From: Solirubrobacteraceae bacterium
GTDB lineage: Bacteria > Actinomycetota > Thermoleophilia > Solirubrobacterales > Solirubrobacteraceae
DNA: 24,000 nucleotides
Reading direction: 5' to 3'
Assembly: GCA_036501315.1 (NCBI GenBank)
Contig: DASYAM010000010.1
Span: 11,543-35,542 of the forward strand
Notes under the pieces: generated by a model
What the model saw: only the letters and a program-made list of their open reading frames with translations
Told to the model about the DNA's origin: nothing
The model's database searches: none
Position numbers and translations under genes: made by a program
In this document: positions 13,749 through 24,000 of the stretch, in pieces
Position numbering within the stretch: position 1 is the first letter of the stretch
Layout: the number at the start of each line of letters is the position of its first letter

Positions 13749-14234
13749 ATGGCAAGCTCGGACCCCAGCGACAACGGCGGCCTGTTCGTCGGGCGCAGGC
13801 CCGGCACGGCGCCCGTGCGCTTCCGCGCGCTGCCTCATCATGGCAGCGACGCCCGCCAGCGCATCGACGGCTCGCTGGCCGGGCTGATGCTCGCCGCGAT
13901 GGTGGTACTCAGCCTGCTCTGTTGGGGCCCGATCCCGATCGCGTGCCTGTGGCTCGGCTCGCAGGCCAACTACCTGTCGGGCAGCGTCAGCCTCGGTCTC
14001 CTCGCCTCATTCGTCGCGCTATTCGCGCTGCTGTTCGGCACCCTGTCGCTGTTGCGCCGCCTCGACCAGGCCTGGATCCTCGTGCGCCGTGCCGCCGGGC
14101 ACGACCAGCGCTCAGGGGTGATGGGACGGATCTTTGCGATCGCCGTGGTCGTCTGCGCCGGTGCTTTCCTGCTGTGGTTCCTCGTCATCCACGGGCCGGG
14201 CACGAGCCTCGTAAGCAAGGGCGAAGGCGGATGA
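13749..14234 (+). CDS. Hypothetical small membrane protein (about 3 TM helices)
   Basis: Track ORF, 161 aa. Three hydrophobic stretches: LAGLMLAAMVVLSLLCWGPIPIACLWL, LGLLASFVALFALLFGTLSLL, IFAIAVVVCAGAFLLWFLVI. I recognise no family. Confidence 0.6.
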   Translation: MASSDPSDNGGLFVGRRPGTAPVRFRALPHHGSDARQRIDGSLAGLMLAAMVVLSLLCWGPIPIACLWLGSQANYLSGSVSLGLLASFVALFALLFGTLSLLRRLDQAWILVRRAAGHDQRSGVMGRIFAIAVVVCAGAFLLWFLVIHGPGTSLVSKGEGG

Positions 14235-14276
14235 GCGCGCATGAGTGCGCATGGCTGCGCTGGATCGGCGTCCTTA

Positions 14277-14309
14277 CCGATTGTCGATCAGATGCGATCG
14301 ACCAATCGG
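14277..14309 (+). terminator. Strong stem-loop 43 nt downstream of the membrane-protein stop (terminator or leader structure)
   Basis: CCGATTGTCGATC - AGATGC - GATCGA(C)CAATCGG gives 13 bp with a one-nt bulge and a 6-nt loop. No U tract follows. Confidence 0.35.
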
Positions 14310-14467
14310 CCAGCTCGCGTGCACAGCACGCCACGCGAATTGCCTGTACCCGTCAGGGTGCGTCCTTGCCCAGCTTGCCCTGCGCACTCATGCAGGCGTG
14401 CTCAATGTCATGTGGGCGAGCGGTATGAGAGTCGATCGATCTCGGCACTGCTAGAACGGGCGTTGCC

Positions 14468-15574
14468 GTGGGTCTGCTCGATTACTACCGTCAGTTCGAA
14501 GGAATGTCCGAGGAGGAAGTCAACACGGGGCTGCGCGCGCAGGCGGCCGAGCGCCGGCGCAAGGCGCTCACCCGCGTGGAGACGCTCGACCTGTCGCAGA
14601 CGACGTGGCCAAAGCTGCCGCACACGCGAATCGTCAACGCGATCACGTTCGTGGCCAGGCGCGGTCTGCAACGCTACCCGCACCTGCGCGGGTCGGACCT
14701 GCGCAACGAGCTGGCCGAGCGGCACGGCATCGACAGCTCAGCGCGCCTGATATTGGGTAACGGCGCCGCCGAACTGCTGAGCTCCGCGACGCGCGCGCTG
14801 ATCGAGCCCGGCCAGCAGCTGCTCACGTCGTGGCCGTCATACCCGCTGTATCCGATCATGGCGCGCCGCGCTCACGGCCGCGCGGTCCCGGTCTCTGGCG
14901 GGGTCGACGCGCTGCTCGCGGCCGCGAACGAGAACGAGGACACGCGCGTGGTCGCGCTTGCGAGCCCGAACGACCCTACGGGCGAGCTGCTGCCCACGGC
15001 AGAGCTCGAGCGGCTGCTCGCGGGCCTGCCCACGAACGTGGCGGTGCTGCTCGACGAGTCGCTCGTCGAGTTCGCCGACGCCCAGCCTGCCGAGGGCTCG
15101 GTGCGGTTGTTGGAGAGCCATCCGCGGCTGCTCGTGTTCCGCAGCTTCTCCAAGGCCTGGGGACTGGCGGGGTTGCGCGTCGGCTACGCGCTCGGCGGCC
15201 CCGGCGCGGAGGATTTGCTGGCCGAGCTCGAGCCTGACCTCGGAGTCTCAGAGGTCTCCCAGGCGGGAGCGCTCGAGGCGCTGCGCACGTGCTCTGAGCT
15301 CATCGAACACCGCGTGGCGGAGATCGCCGCGGAGCGTGTACGGCTGATCGCCGCCCTGCGCGAGCGACGCTTCGAGGTGGCGGAGAGCCAGGCCAACTTC
15401 GTATGGGCCGCCCATCCGGTGGTCGAAGGCGACGAGTTGGCCGCACGGCTGGCGCGCGCGGGCGTGCTGGTGGCGGCGGGCTCGGCGTTGGGCGAGCCGC
15501 GGCACGTGCGGATCGCCGTGCACGACGACGCCTCCTCCGATCGTCTGCTCACCGCGCTGGATAAGACGCTGTAG
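14468..15574 (+). CDS. Histidinol-phosphate aminotransferase-family PLP enzyme (class I/II aminotransferase)
   Basis: Track ORF, 368 aa, GTG start. Family blocks: ILGNGAAELL, ASPNDPTGE, LLDESLVEF, and FRSFSKAWGLAGLRVGY (the PLP lysine block). Confidence 0.85.
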   Translation: MGLLDYYRQFEGMSEEEVNTGLRAQAAERRRKALTRVETLDLSQTTWPKLPHTRIVNAITFVARRGLQRYPHLRGSDLRNELAERHGIDSSARLILGNGAAELLSSATRALIEPGQQLLTSWPSYPLYPIMARRAHGRAVPVSGGVDALLAAANENEDTRVVALASPNDPTGELLPTAELERLLAGLPTNVAVLLDESLVEFADAQPAEGSVRLLESHPRLLVFRSFSKAWGLAGLRVGYALGGPGAEDLLAELEPDLGVSEVSQAGALEALRTCSELIEHRVAEIAAERVRLIAALRERRFEVAESQANFVWAAHPVVEGDELAARLARAGVLVAAGSALGEPRHVRIAVHDDASSDRLLTALDKTL

Positions 15575-15580
15575 CGACGG

Positions 15581-16897
15581 TCAGCCGGCGGTGGAGCCCG
15601 ACTGACGCAAAAGCGCGCCGGTGGTCTCTTCGAGGATCTTGCGCCAGCCGCTGACTCGCTCACGCTCGTCGTCGAAGTGTTCGACTACCTTGCGCACACG
15701 CTTGGCCGAGATCTGCAGGCCGTGACGTTCGGCGATCTCGCTGTAGCGCTCGTATTCGCCAGCGAGCTGCACCGTCACCGACTGGAAGCCGTGGCGCGCG
15801 ATCTCGACGCGCGAGGCGAAGTTCATCATCGACGTCTGGAACATCAGCTCGTCGGAGGGTTGCGGCTCGATCAGCACAATGTCGACGCCGGGGTAGCGCT
15901 CCTCCCAGGTCTTGGCCAGCTCGTGCAGGCGTTGGTAGGCGAGCAGCTTGAACGCTTGATAGCCGATCTGTGGAAAGCCCATGTCGGAGACCCGCTGCGG
16001 GCGGGTGCCCCGCAAAGTTCTGACGGTGCCAGAGAAGTCGTTTACGAACGGGGCGATCGGGTTGATGACGAGGACCAGCTTCGCGCCCTGCTCGACCGCG
16101 ATGTCGAGGTTGGTGGTCGACACGATGCCGCCGTCGATCAGCTCGCGCTCGCCGACGCGCACGGGCGCGTAGACCATCGGCAGCGCTCCGGACGCGCGCA
16201 CGGCGGTCGAGATCGGCACGTCGTCGAAACCGTCGGAGCCGAACACGATCCGCTCGCACGTGTCGAGGTCGGTGGCCGTAAGGTACAGCTCGTTGTCGAG
16301 CTCTCTGAAATCGTCGCTGCGCCCGGGCTCGCCGAGCACCTTGTGCAGATAGCTCTCGATTCCGGCGCCGGTGTATGCGCCCGATGGGAGGCCCTCGGCG
16401 ATCCCGAGGATCATGTCCATCAGCGACACCTGTCCGCGCTGGGCGATTGCGTCGCGCGCGAGCGAGGCGATGCGCAGCGGCATCAGCGCGCCCTTGCGCG
16501 CGAACTCGAACAGGTTGAGGTGGAGCAGGTCTTCGATGTCGATGTCCCTGAACGGAGCTTTGCCCTGACGGGTGACGACGCGCATCATTTCCTCGGGGGT
16601 GACGCCGTTGGCGCACAGCGCGGCGATGAACGACCCGGCGGAGGTGCCGACGTAGACGTCGAACTGGTTGACCGTGCTGTTGACCGCGAGCAGGTCGAGC
16701 GCGCGCAACGCGCCGATCTCATAGACCCCTCCGGTGAAGCCGCCGCCGCCCAGCACGAGCGCGGTCTTGCTGGGCCTCCGTGCGCGCGTTTGTCGCGCCC
16801 TGGACGCTTTCGTTCGCGCTGCGCCGGCCGCGCGCGCACCGTCCTTGGCGGACCTTCGCGCCCTGGTGGTCGGTTCCAGCTTGACAACCTTGCCCAT
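15581..16897 (-). CDS. Patatin-like phospholipase family protein
   Basis: Track ORF, 438 aa. LVLGGGGFTGGVYEIGALRAL is the Gly-rich oxyanion loop, GTSAG is the GxSxG nucleophile, and LIDGG is the catalytic Asp motif. It is convergent with the aminotransferase, with a 6-nt gap between stops. Confidence 0.9.
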   Translation of the reverse strand: MGKVVKLEPTTRARRSAKDGARAAGAARTKASRARQTRARRPSKTALVLGGGGFTGGVYEIGALRALDLLAVNSTVNQFDVYVGTSAGSFIAALCANGVTPEEMMRVVTRQGKAPFRDIDIEDLLHLNLFEFARKGALMPLRIASLARDAIAQRGQVSLMDMILGIAEGLPSGAYTGAGIESYLHKVLGEPGRSDDFRELDNELYLTATDLDTCERIVFGSDGFDDVPISTAVRASGALPMVYAPVRVGERELIDGGIVSTTNLDIAVEQGAKLVLVINPIAPFVNDFSGTVRTLRGTRPQRVSDMGFPQIGYQAFKLLAYQRLHELAKTWEERYPGVDIVLIEPQPSDELMFQTSMMNFASRVEIARHGFQSVTVQLAGEYERYSEIAERHGLQISAKRVRKVVEHFDDERERVSGWRKILEETTGALLRQSGSTAG

Positions 16898-16985
16898 GCT
16901 CGATTGATTTTACGGGCACGTGCCCCGGAATAACCTGCCACGGCTTCTCGCGCCGCCCTACGCGCGCACGAGCGACCGCTGGACG

Positions 16986-18302
16986 ATGCGGCTTCCAGGC
17001 CGCAGAACGCGGCTTCTGAGCCGGACGACATGGCTGCTGGGCTCGAGGATGTGGCGCTTGTGCCTGTCTGCGCTCCTCGTCTGCGTCTGCTGCGCCGATG
17101 TGGGCGCGCCCGCGACCGCAAGCGCCGCGGGAGGGCTCACCGCGCTGCAGGCGGACCTCAGCCACCAGCTCACGCTCGCCGGCCCGGCTAACGGCGCCTA
17201 CGTGTATGACCTGACAGCACACCAGGCGCTGTTCTCCGAGCGCGCCACGGCGATGCGCCCGCCGGCGTCGGTGGAGAAGCTATACACGGCGACGACCGCG
17301 CTCGAGCGGATGGGCGCGACGGCGCGCCTGCCGACGACGGTGCTCGGCGCCGGGCAGCTGCTACCGGGGGGTGTGTGGGAAGGCAACCTGTATCTGCGCG
17401 GTGGCGGCGACCCGACGTTCGGGTCGGCGTCGTTCATCGAACATCATTACGGTGGTATCGGCACGAGCGTCGCCGGGCTCGCGTCGCAGCTCGTGCAGGT
17501 TGCCGGCATCCATCACATCACCGGGTCAGTGTATGGCGATGAAGGCTGGTTCGACTCGCTGCGTGGCGAGCCCTCGTCGAACTTCGGGCTCGACCCGTTC
17601 CTCGAAGGCACGCTCTCGGGGCTCGCGTTCAACCGCGGCGCGAGCGGATCCGAACGCGGCCCGCACGGGCCGGCCGCGTATGCGGCGCGCGAGCTGTGGG
17701 CGGCGTTGAAGGGCGACGGCGTCTCGATCCACGACGCGCCCGGCGCCGCGCCGACGCCGGCCGGAGCGCTGCAGCTCGCGCAGGTGCAGTCGCCGACGGT
17801 GACGCAGCTGCTCGGGCTGATGCTGCCGCCGTCGGACAACTTCTTTGCGGAGACGCTGGTGAAGGACCTCGGCGCGTTGTACGGCGGCGCCGGCACGACC
17901 GCGGCGGGAGCGTCAGTCGTGAGCGCGACGATCGCTTCGGTGCTCGGCATCCACCCGCACGTGGTCGACGGGTCGGGGTTGTCGGAAGCGGACCGGACCT
18001 CGCCCTACCAGGTCGCCGATCTGCTGGTGGAGCTGGCCACAACCCCGCTCGGCCCGGTGCTGCGGGGCAACCTCGCGATCGCCGGGCACACCGGCACGCT
18101 TGCCACGCGTATGCGCAACACGGGCGCGTCGGGGCGCTGTCAGGGCAAGACCGGAACGCTGACAGGCGTGTCGAACCTCGTCGGGTACTGCAACGCGGCG
18201 GACGGCCATACGCTTGCGTTTGCGATCTTCACCGACGGCATTGCCACGGAGACCGCGCATACGTTCCAGGACCACATGACGATCACGATCGCGGACTACT
18301 GA
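16986..18302 (+). CDS. dacB: D-alanyl-D-alanine carboxypeptidase/endopeptidase (PBP4, peptidase S13)
   Basis: Track ORF 16920..18302. SVEK (SxxK) lies in PPASVEKLYTATTAL, SDN in LPPSDNFFAETL, and KTG in GKTGTLTGVSNLVGY. The start is uncertain. ATG 16986 (MRLPGRR...) or ATG 17043 (MWRLCLSALLV..., signal-like) is preferred over GTG 16920, which sits inside a palindrome 22 nt from the divergent patatin start. Confidence 0.9.
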   Translation: MRLPGRRTRLLSRTTWLLGSRMWRLCLSALLVCVCCADVGAPATASAAGGLTALQADLSHQLTLAGPANGAYVYDLTAHQALFSERATAMRPPASVEKLYTATTALERMGATARLPTTVLGAGQLLPGGVWEGNLYLRGGGDPTFGSASFIEHHYGGIGTSVAGLASQLVQVAGIHHITGSVYGDEGWFDSLRGEPSSNFGLDPFLEGTLSGLAFNRGASGSERGPHGPAAYAARELWAALKGDGVSIHDAPGAAPTPAGALQLAQVQSPTVTQLLGLMLPPSDNFFAETLVKDLGALYGGAGTTAAGASVVSATIASVLGIHPHVVDGSGLSEADRTSPYQVADLLVELATTPLGPVLRGNLAIAGHTGTLATRMRNTGASGRCQGKTGTLTGVSNLVGYCNAADGHTLAFAIFTDGIATETAHTFQDHMTITIADY

Positions 18303-18307
18303 GCAGT

Positions 18308-18328
18308 AACGCTTGCTCGGGAAGCGTT
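18308..18328 (+). terminator. Small hairpin just after the dacB stop
   Basis: AACGCTT - GCTCGGG - AAGCGTT gives a 7-bp stem and 7-nt loop, starting 6 nt after TGA 18300-18302. No U tract follows. Confidence 0.25.
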
Positions 18329-18424
18329 CGAGCTCGCGCGCTGTGCCGCGACCTGCACGGCTTGAGTCGGCATCGACGAGCAGTGGACCAGCGCTAGTGT
18401 TCTACTCTCATCCAAACGGTGAAT

Positions 18425-18547
18425 ATGACTGAACTTCCGTTCTGGAACTGGCTCAGCGCGGAGACCGTGACGTCCAAAGCACGCGTATGCAGATTTTGCG
18501 GCTACCGATTCGCGCCGCAGCTGCAACCCGAGGAGCTCAGCGCGTAA
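18425..18547 (+). CDS. Candidate 40-codon small ORF (MTELPFWNWLSAETVTSKARVCRFCGYRFAPQLQPEELSA)
   Basis: Below the ORF-track size cut-off; found by reading the sequence. ATG 18425 to TAA 18545-18547. Third-position GC is 30/40 by my count, which is coding-like for this genome. The RBS is weak. It contains one CxxC. Confidence 0.3.
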   Translation: MTELPFWNWLSAETVTSKARVCRFCGYRFAPQLQPEELSA

Positions 18548-18561
18548 CACTCCGATGAGGT

Positions 18562-18683
18562 CAGCGGGGCCGCATGCGGCCCCGCTGCGGTTCCGCACAT
18601 GTGCGGAACCGCCGTCGGCGCATGCGCCGACGGTATGACGAGCCGCATGCGGCTCGTCACGGGGTCGCGCATGCGCGACCCCG
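18562..18683. repeat. Array of five abutting perfect palindromes sharing a CGCATGCG core
   Basis: Read directly. The five are 18562-18587 (26 nt), 18588-18611 (24), 18612-18633 (22), 18636-18659 (24) and 18660-18683 (24). The array lies between the small-ORF/dacB unit (+) and ligA (-). Confidence 0.9.
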
Positions 18684-18692
18684 AACAGCATC

Positions 18693-21571
<2,879 letters not shown>

Positions 21572-21658
21572 CCGGCTTCCCAGCATAGGGGGAGCTTCGG
21601 TCCTCGACGGATCTCGCCGGTGATCACCCGGCGCGGTCCGCTCCCCCGCGCCCGGGTA

Positions 21659-21706
21659 CCCGCTCAGCCTCGCCGGTTCGTGCCCGCTCAGCCTCGCCTG
21701 TTCGTG
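21659..21706. repeat. Tandem duplication of a 24-mer (CCCGCTCAGCCTCGCC[G/T]GTTCGTG)
   Basis: 21659-21682 and 21683-21706 differ at one position. The repeat lies in the truA-stop / surE-start spacer. Confidence 0.85.
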
Positions 21707-21718
21707 CCCAGGTCGGCG

Positions 21719-22456
21719 TTAGGAGCGGTCGTCGTCGTCGTAGCTAACCGAGGCCAGCGCCAGCCCGTGCGCCGGCGCGGTCCTGCCCGCGTGCGCGCGC
21801 GGGCGGCCGCCGAGCAGGCGTTCGAACTCCACAACCGTGCTGCGGCCGGAGGCGACGTCGAGCATCGTGCCCACCAGGATTCGGTTCATGTGTCGCATGA
21901 ACGTGTCCGCCTCGATCCAGAACTCGAGCACGTCTCCCGCCCGCACTCGCCATTCTGCCTGCCGTACCACACGGTCGAACCGCGTGTGCTCGGTCTCGGT
22001 GGGCGTGAACGCTGTGAAGTCGTGCTTGCCTAAGATCGCCGCGGCGCACTCTGCGAGCGCCTCGCGGTCCAGCTCGCCTGGCCACCAGAACGCGCGTCCA
22101 CGCTCGAACGGGGAGCGCGGACGGCGCGCGAGCACCCGGTAGCAGTAGGTCCTGCTGATCGCATCGCGCCGGGCATTGAAGCCGTCGGGCGCAGGCTCTG
22201 CGGCGAGCACGGCGATGTCGTCGTCGAGTAGCCCGTTCAGCCGCAGCGGGTCGACGGCCTCGTGCTCGTAGCTGACCACCTGACCCCAGGCGTGCACCCC
22301 CCGGTCGGTGCGACCGGCAACGGTCACCGTCAACGGCTCGCGCAGCACCGTTTCGAGCGCGCGCTCGAGCAGCTCCTGAACGGAGCGCTCGCCGGGCTGA
22401 CGCGCCCACCCGGCGAACCGAGAACCGTCGTACTCGAGCGTCAACTTGGTGACCAT
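21719..22456 (-). CDS. truA: tRNA pseudouridine(38-40) synthase TruA
   Basis: Track ORF 21719..22486, whose start is TTG. ATG 22456 (MVTKLTLEYDGSRFAGWARQPG) is preferred as the family-typical N-terminus. AGRTDRGVHAWGQVVS contains the catalytic Asp block. Confidence 0.9.
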   Translation of the reverse strand: MVTKLTLEYDGSRFAGWARQPGERSVQELLERALETVLREPLTVTVAGRTDRGVHAWGQVVSYEHEAVDPLRLNGLLDDDIAVLAAEPAPDGFNARRDAISRTYCYRVLARRPRSPFERGRAFWWPGELDREALAECAAAILGKHDFTAFTPTETEHTRFDRVVRQAEWRVRAGDVLEFWIEADTFMRHMNRILVGTMLDVASGRSTVVEFERLLGGRPRAHAGRTAPAHGLALASVSYDDDDRS

Positions 22457-22533
22457 CACCAACCTGTCTAGCGGCTCGATGGCCAAGCTGGCCGAAACGG
22501 GGATGCGAGCCGCGAGGCGAGTGTCTCCCGGCT

Positions 22534-22548
22534 TCGGTAAGGACGCAG
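22534..22548. repeat. 15-mer TCGGTAAGGACGCAG, copy 1 of 2
   Basis: Exact direct repeat of 22607-22621. Both copies lie in the rplQ-truA spacer. Confidence 0.7.
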
Positions 22549-22606
22549 TGAGCGTAGCGTGCTCCGCACGTGTGCTGGCCGATCGGGGATCACATTTGAT
22601 TCACGA

Positions 22607-22621
22607 TCGGTAAGGACGCAG
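22607..22621. repeat. 15-mer TCGGTAAGGACGCAG, copy 2 of 2
   Basis: Exact direct repeat of 22534-22548, 73 nt away. Confidence 0.7.
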
Positions 22622-22644
22622 CCTGGCGCCGTGCCAGCGGGCCG

Positions 22645-22998
22645 CTAGACGAGCTCGATGAAGACCATCTCGGTCGCGTCGCTGCGGCGTGGGCCGAGCT
22701 TCAAGATGCGAGTGTATCCGCCGGGGCGCTCGGCATAGCGGGGAGCGAGGTCCTCGAACAGCTTGTGCACCGCGAACTTGTCCTGCGACAACGTCGACAG
22801 CGCCTGACGGCGCGCGTGCAGATCGCCGCGCTTGGCGAGCGTGATCAGCTTCTCGACCTCGGGCTTGACCGCCTTGGCCTTGGCCTGGGTCGTCTTGATC
22901 CGCTCGTGCTCGATGATCTCCTTGCTCAAGTTCATGAGCAACGACTTACGGTGCGCGGAGTCGCGGCTGAGCTTGTTGCGTGTCTTCTGGTGTCTCAT
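22645..22998 (-). CDS. rplQ: 50S ribosomal protein L17
   Basis: Track ORF, 117 aa. [24 protein letters not shown]...[15 protein letters not shown] is unmistakably L17. It lies directly downstream of rpoA, the usual order. Confidence 0.97.
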   Translation of the reverse strand: MRHQKTRNKLSRDSAHRKSLLMNLSKEIIEHERIKTTQAKAKAVKPEVEKLITLAKRGDLHARRQALSTLSQDKFAVHKLFEDLAPRYAERPGGYTRILKLGPRRSDATEMVFIELV

Positions 22999-23022
22999 GA
23001 GCTAGGGAAGTCTAGGGCGTCC

Positions 23023-24000
23023 TCAGTCTTGACGGAGGTCGAGACCGCGCGAGTGCAGCGTCTCGATGACCTCGTCGATCGACTTTTTGCCGAAGTTCGG
23101 GATCGCGTTCAACTCGGCCTCGGACTTCGAGATCAGGTCGCCCACGGTCTGGATGCCGGCCCGCTTGAGGCAGTTGTAGGAGCGAACGCCGAGCTCGAGC
23201 TCCTCGATCAGGATCGACCACTCCTCGCCCTGCAACGCCGCCGGTGGGCCGCCGGCGCCGACCGCCAGGCCGTGGCCGTCGAGCTGGCCGCCCGGCGCCG
23301 CGCGCAGCTCCTGGATGCGATCGGCGTCGGTGAAGATCGCGAGCTGTGAGATCAAGAGCTCGGCCGCCTCGCGCAGCGCCGCCTGCGGATCGATCGACCC
23401 GTCCGTCTCGATGTCGAGCGTGAGCTTGTCGAAGTCCGTCTTCTGGCCGACGCGCGCCTGCTCGACGGCGTAGGCGACGCGACGCACGGGCGAGAAGATC
23501 GAGTCGATCGGGATCACGCCGATCGGCTGGTCGGCCGACTTGTTCTCCTCGGCGGGCCGGTAGCCGCGGCCGCGGCCGATCGTCATGTACAGCTCGAGCT
23601 TGGTTTTCTTCTCGAGCGTCGCGACGTGCACGTCGGGGTTGAGGATCTCGACGCCCGCAGGCAGGTCGATGTCCTTTGCGGCGATCTCGCCCGGTCCGGT
23701 GACGACCAGCGGCGCCTCGACCTCGGTCGCATCGGAGTGCATCCGGCAGACCACGCCCTTGAGGTTGAGCACGATGTCCGTGACGTCCTCCTTGACTCCT
23801 TGGATCGTGGAGAACTCGTGCGCCACGCCCTCGATACGCACGCTCGTGACGGCGGCGCCGGCGAGCGAAGAGAGCAACACGCGGCGCAGCGAGTTGCCGA
23901 ACGTGTAGCCGAACCCGCGATCGAGCGGCTCGATGGTGAACGTGCCACGGTTCTGCTCCACGGACTCACTGGTGATCCGGGGGATTTGGAAGTCGAGCAT
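23023..24000 (-). CDS. rpoA: DNA-directed RNA polymerase subunit alpha (complete; ATG is the last 3 nt of the window)
   Basis: Track ORF, 325 aa. The N-terminal domain has FTIEPLDRGFGYTFGNSLRRVLLSSL. The C-terminal domain has LELGVRSYNCLKRAGIQTVGDL. The length and N-terminus match full-length actinobacterial RpoA. Confidence 0.97.
   Translation of the reverse strand: MLDFQIPRITSESVEQNRGTFTIEPLDRGFGYTFGNSLRRVLLSSLAGAAVTSVRIEGVAHEFSTIQGVKEDVTDIVLNLKGVVCRMHSDATEVEAPLVVTGPGEIAAKDIDLPAGVEILNPDVHVATLEKKTKLELYMTIGRGRGYRPAEENKSADQPIGVIPIDSIFSPVRRVAYAVEQARVGQKTDFDKLTLDIETDGSIDPQAALREAAELLISQLAIFTDADRIQELRAAPGGQLDGHGLAVGAGGPPAALQGEEWSILIEELELGVRSYNCLKRAGIQTVGDLISKSEAELNAIPNFGKKSIDEVIETLHSRGLDLRQD

Noticed and set aside
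14231-14428. 65-codon Cys-rich ORF (MSAHECAWLRWIG...) whose ATG overlaps the upstream stop (ATGA)
   Set aside because: The overlap is tempting, but third-position GC is only 43/65 by my count, well below neighbouring genes. The sequence is better explained by the inverted-repeat and hairpin structure of the spacer. I treat it as non-coding unless conservation shows otherwise.
15581-16897. Patatin-like phospholipase as a CBASS or other defence effector
   Set aside because: No cyclase/CD-NTase, sensor or other defence gene is adjacent. The neighbours are housekeeping (aminotransferase, dacB) and the GC content is typical of the chromosome.
15660-16933. 318-aa minus and 418-aa plus ORFs overlapping the patatin gene
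   Set aside because: These are alternative frames of a gene with clear GxSxG and DGG patatin motifs, and their products are Arg-rich.
18562-18683. Reading the palindrome array as CRISPR or as a retron msr/msd
   Set aside because: There is no constant repeat alternating with unique spacers: every unit is itself a different palindrome and the units abut. No cas gene or reverse transcriptase gene is in the window.

Overview
High-GC (about 67% by spot counts) Actinomycetota-type chromosomal segment. It has three parts. (1) Left, 1-8.06 kb, accessory metabolism, mostly minus strand: a secreted phosphodiesterase-family gene that runs off the left edge and is missing from the ORF track; a type-3 copper tyrosinase translationally coupled to a DUF2182-like membrane protein; a VOC/glyoxalase-fold protein; a RibD_C/DHFR-family protein. 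These are followed by two apparently decayed genes: an SDR lacking its Rossmann N-terminus, and a DHA2 MFS transporter with an in-frame loss of about 100 residues. (2) Middle, 8.06-10.35 kb: a lower-GC islet (48-60% in spot counts) on the 3' side of tRNA-Pro(CGG). It holds a TM-anchored hypothetical protein, a small trypco2-like protein, a Cys-rich membrane protein and a divergent SoxR-like MerR regulator. A possibly frameshifted NTF2-like gene lies between the islet and the tRNA. (3) Right, 10.9-24 kb, housekeeping: Nif3, long-chain acyl-CoA ligase, small membrane protein, HisC-like aminotransferase, patatin-like phospholipase, dacB, then ligA-surE-truA-rplQ-rpoA on the minus strand. The most striking unexplained signal is non-coding: five abutting perfect palindromes (18562-18683) with different arms but a shared CGCATGCG core, between convergent transcription units just downstream of ligA. 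Several intergenic tandem or direct repeats (4260-4297, 5993-6067, 21659-21706, 22534/22607) are also listed. I saw no CRISPR array, rRNA, integrase or transposase. All family assignments rest on motif recognition from memory and need HMM or BLAST confirmation.
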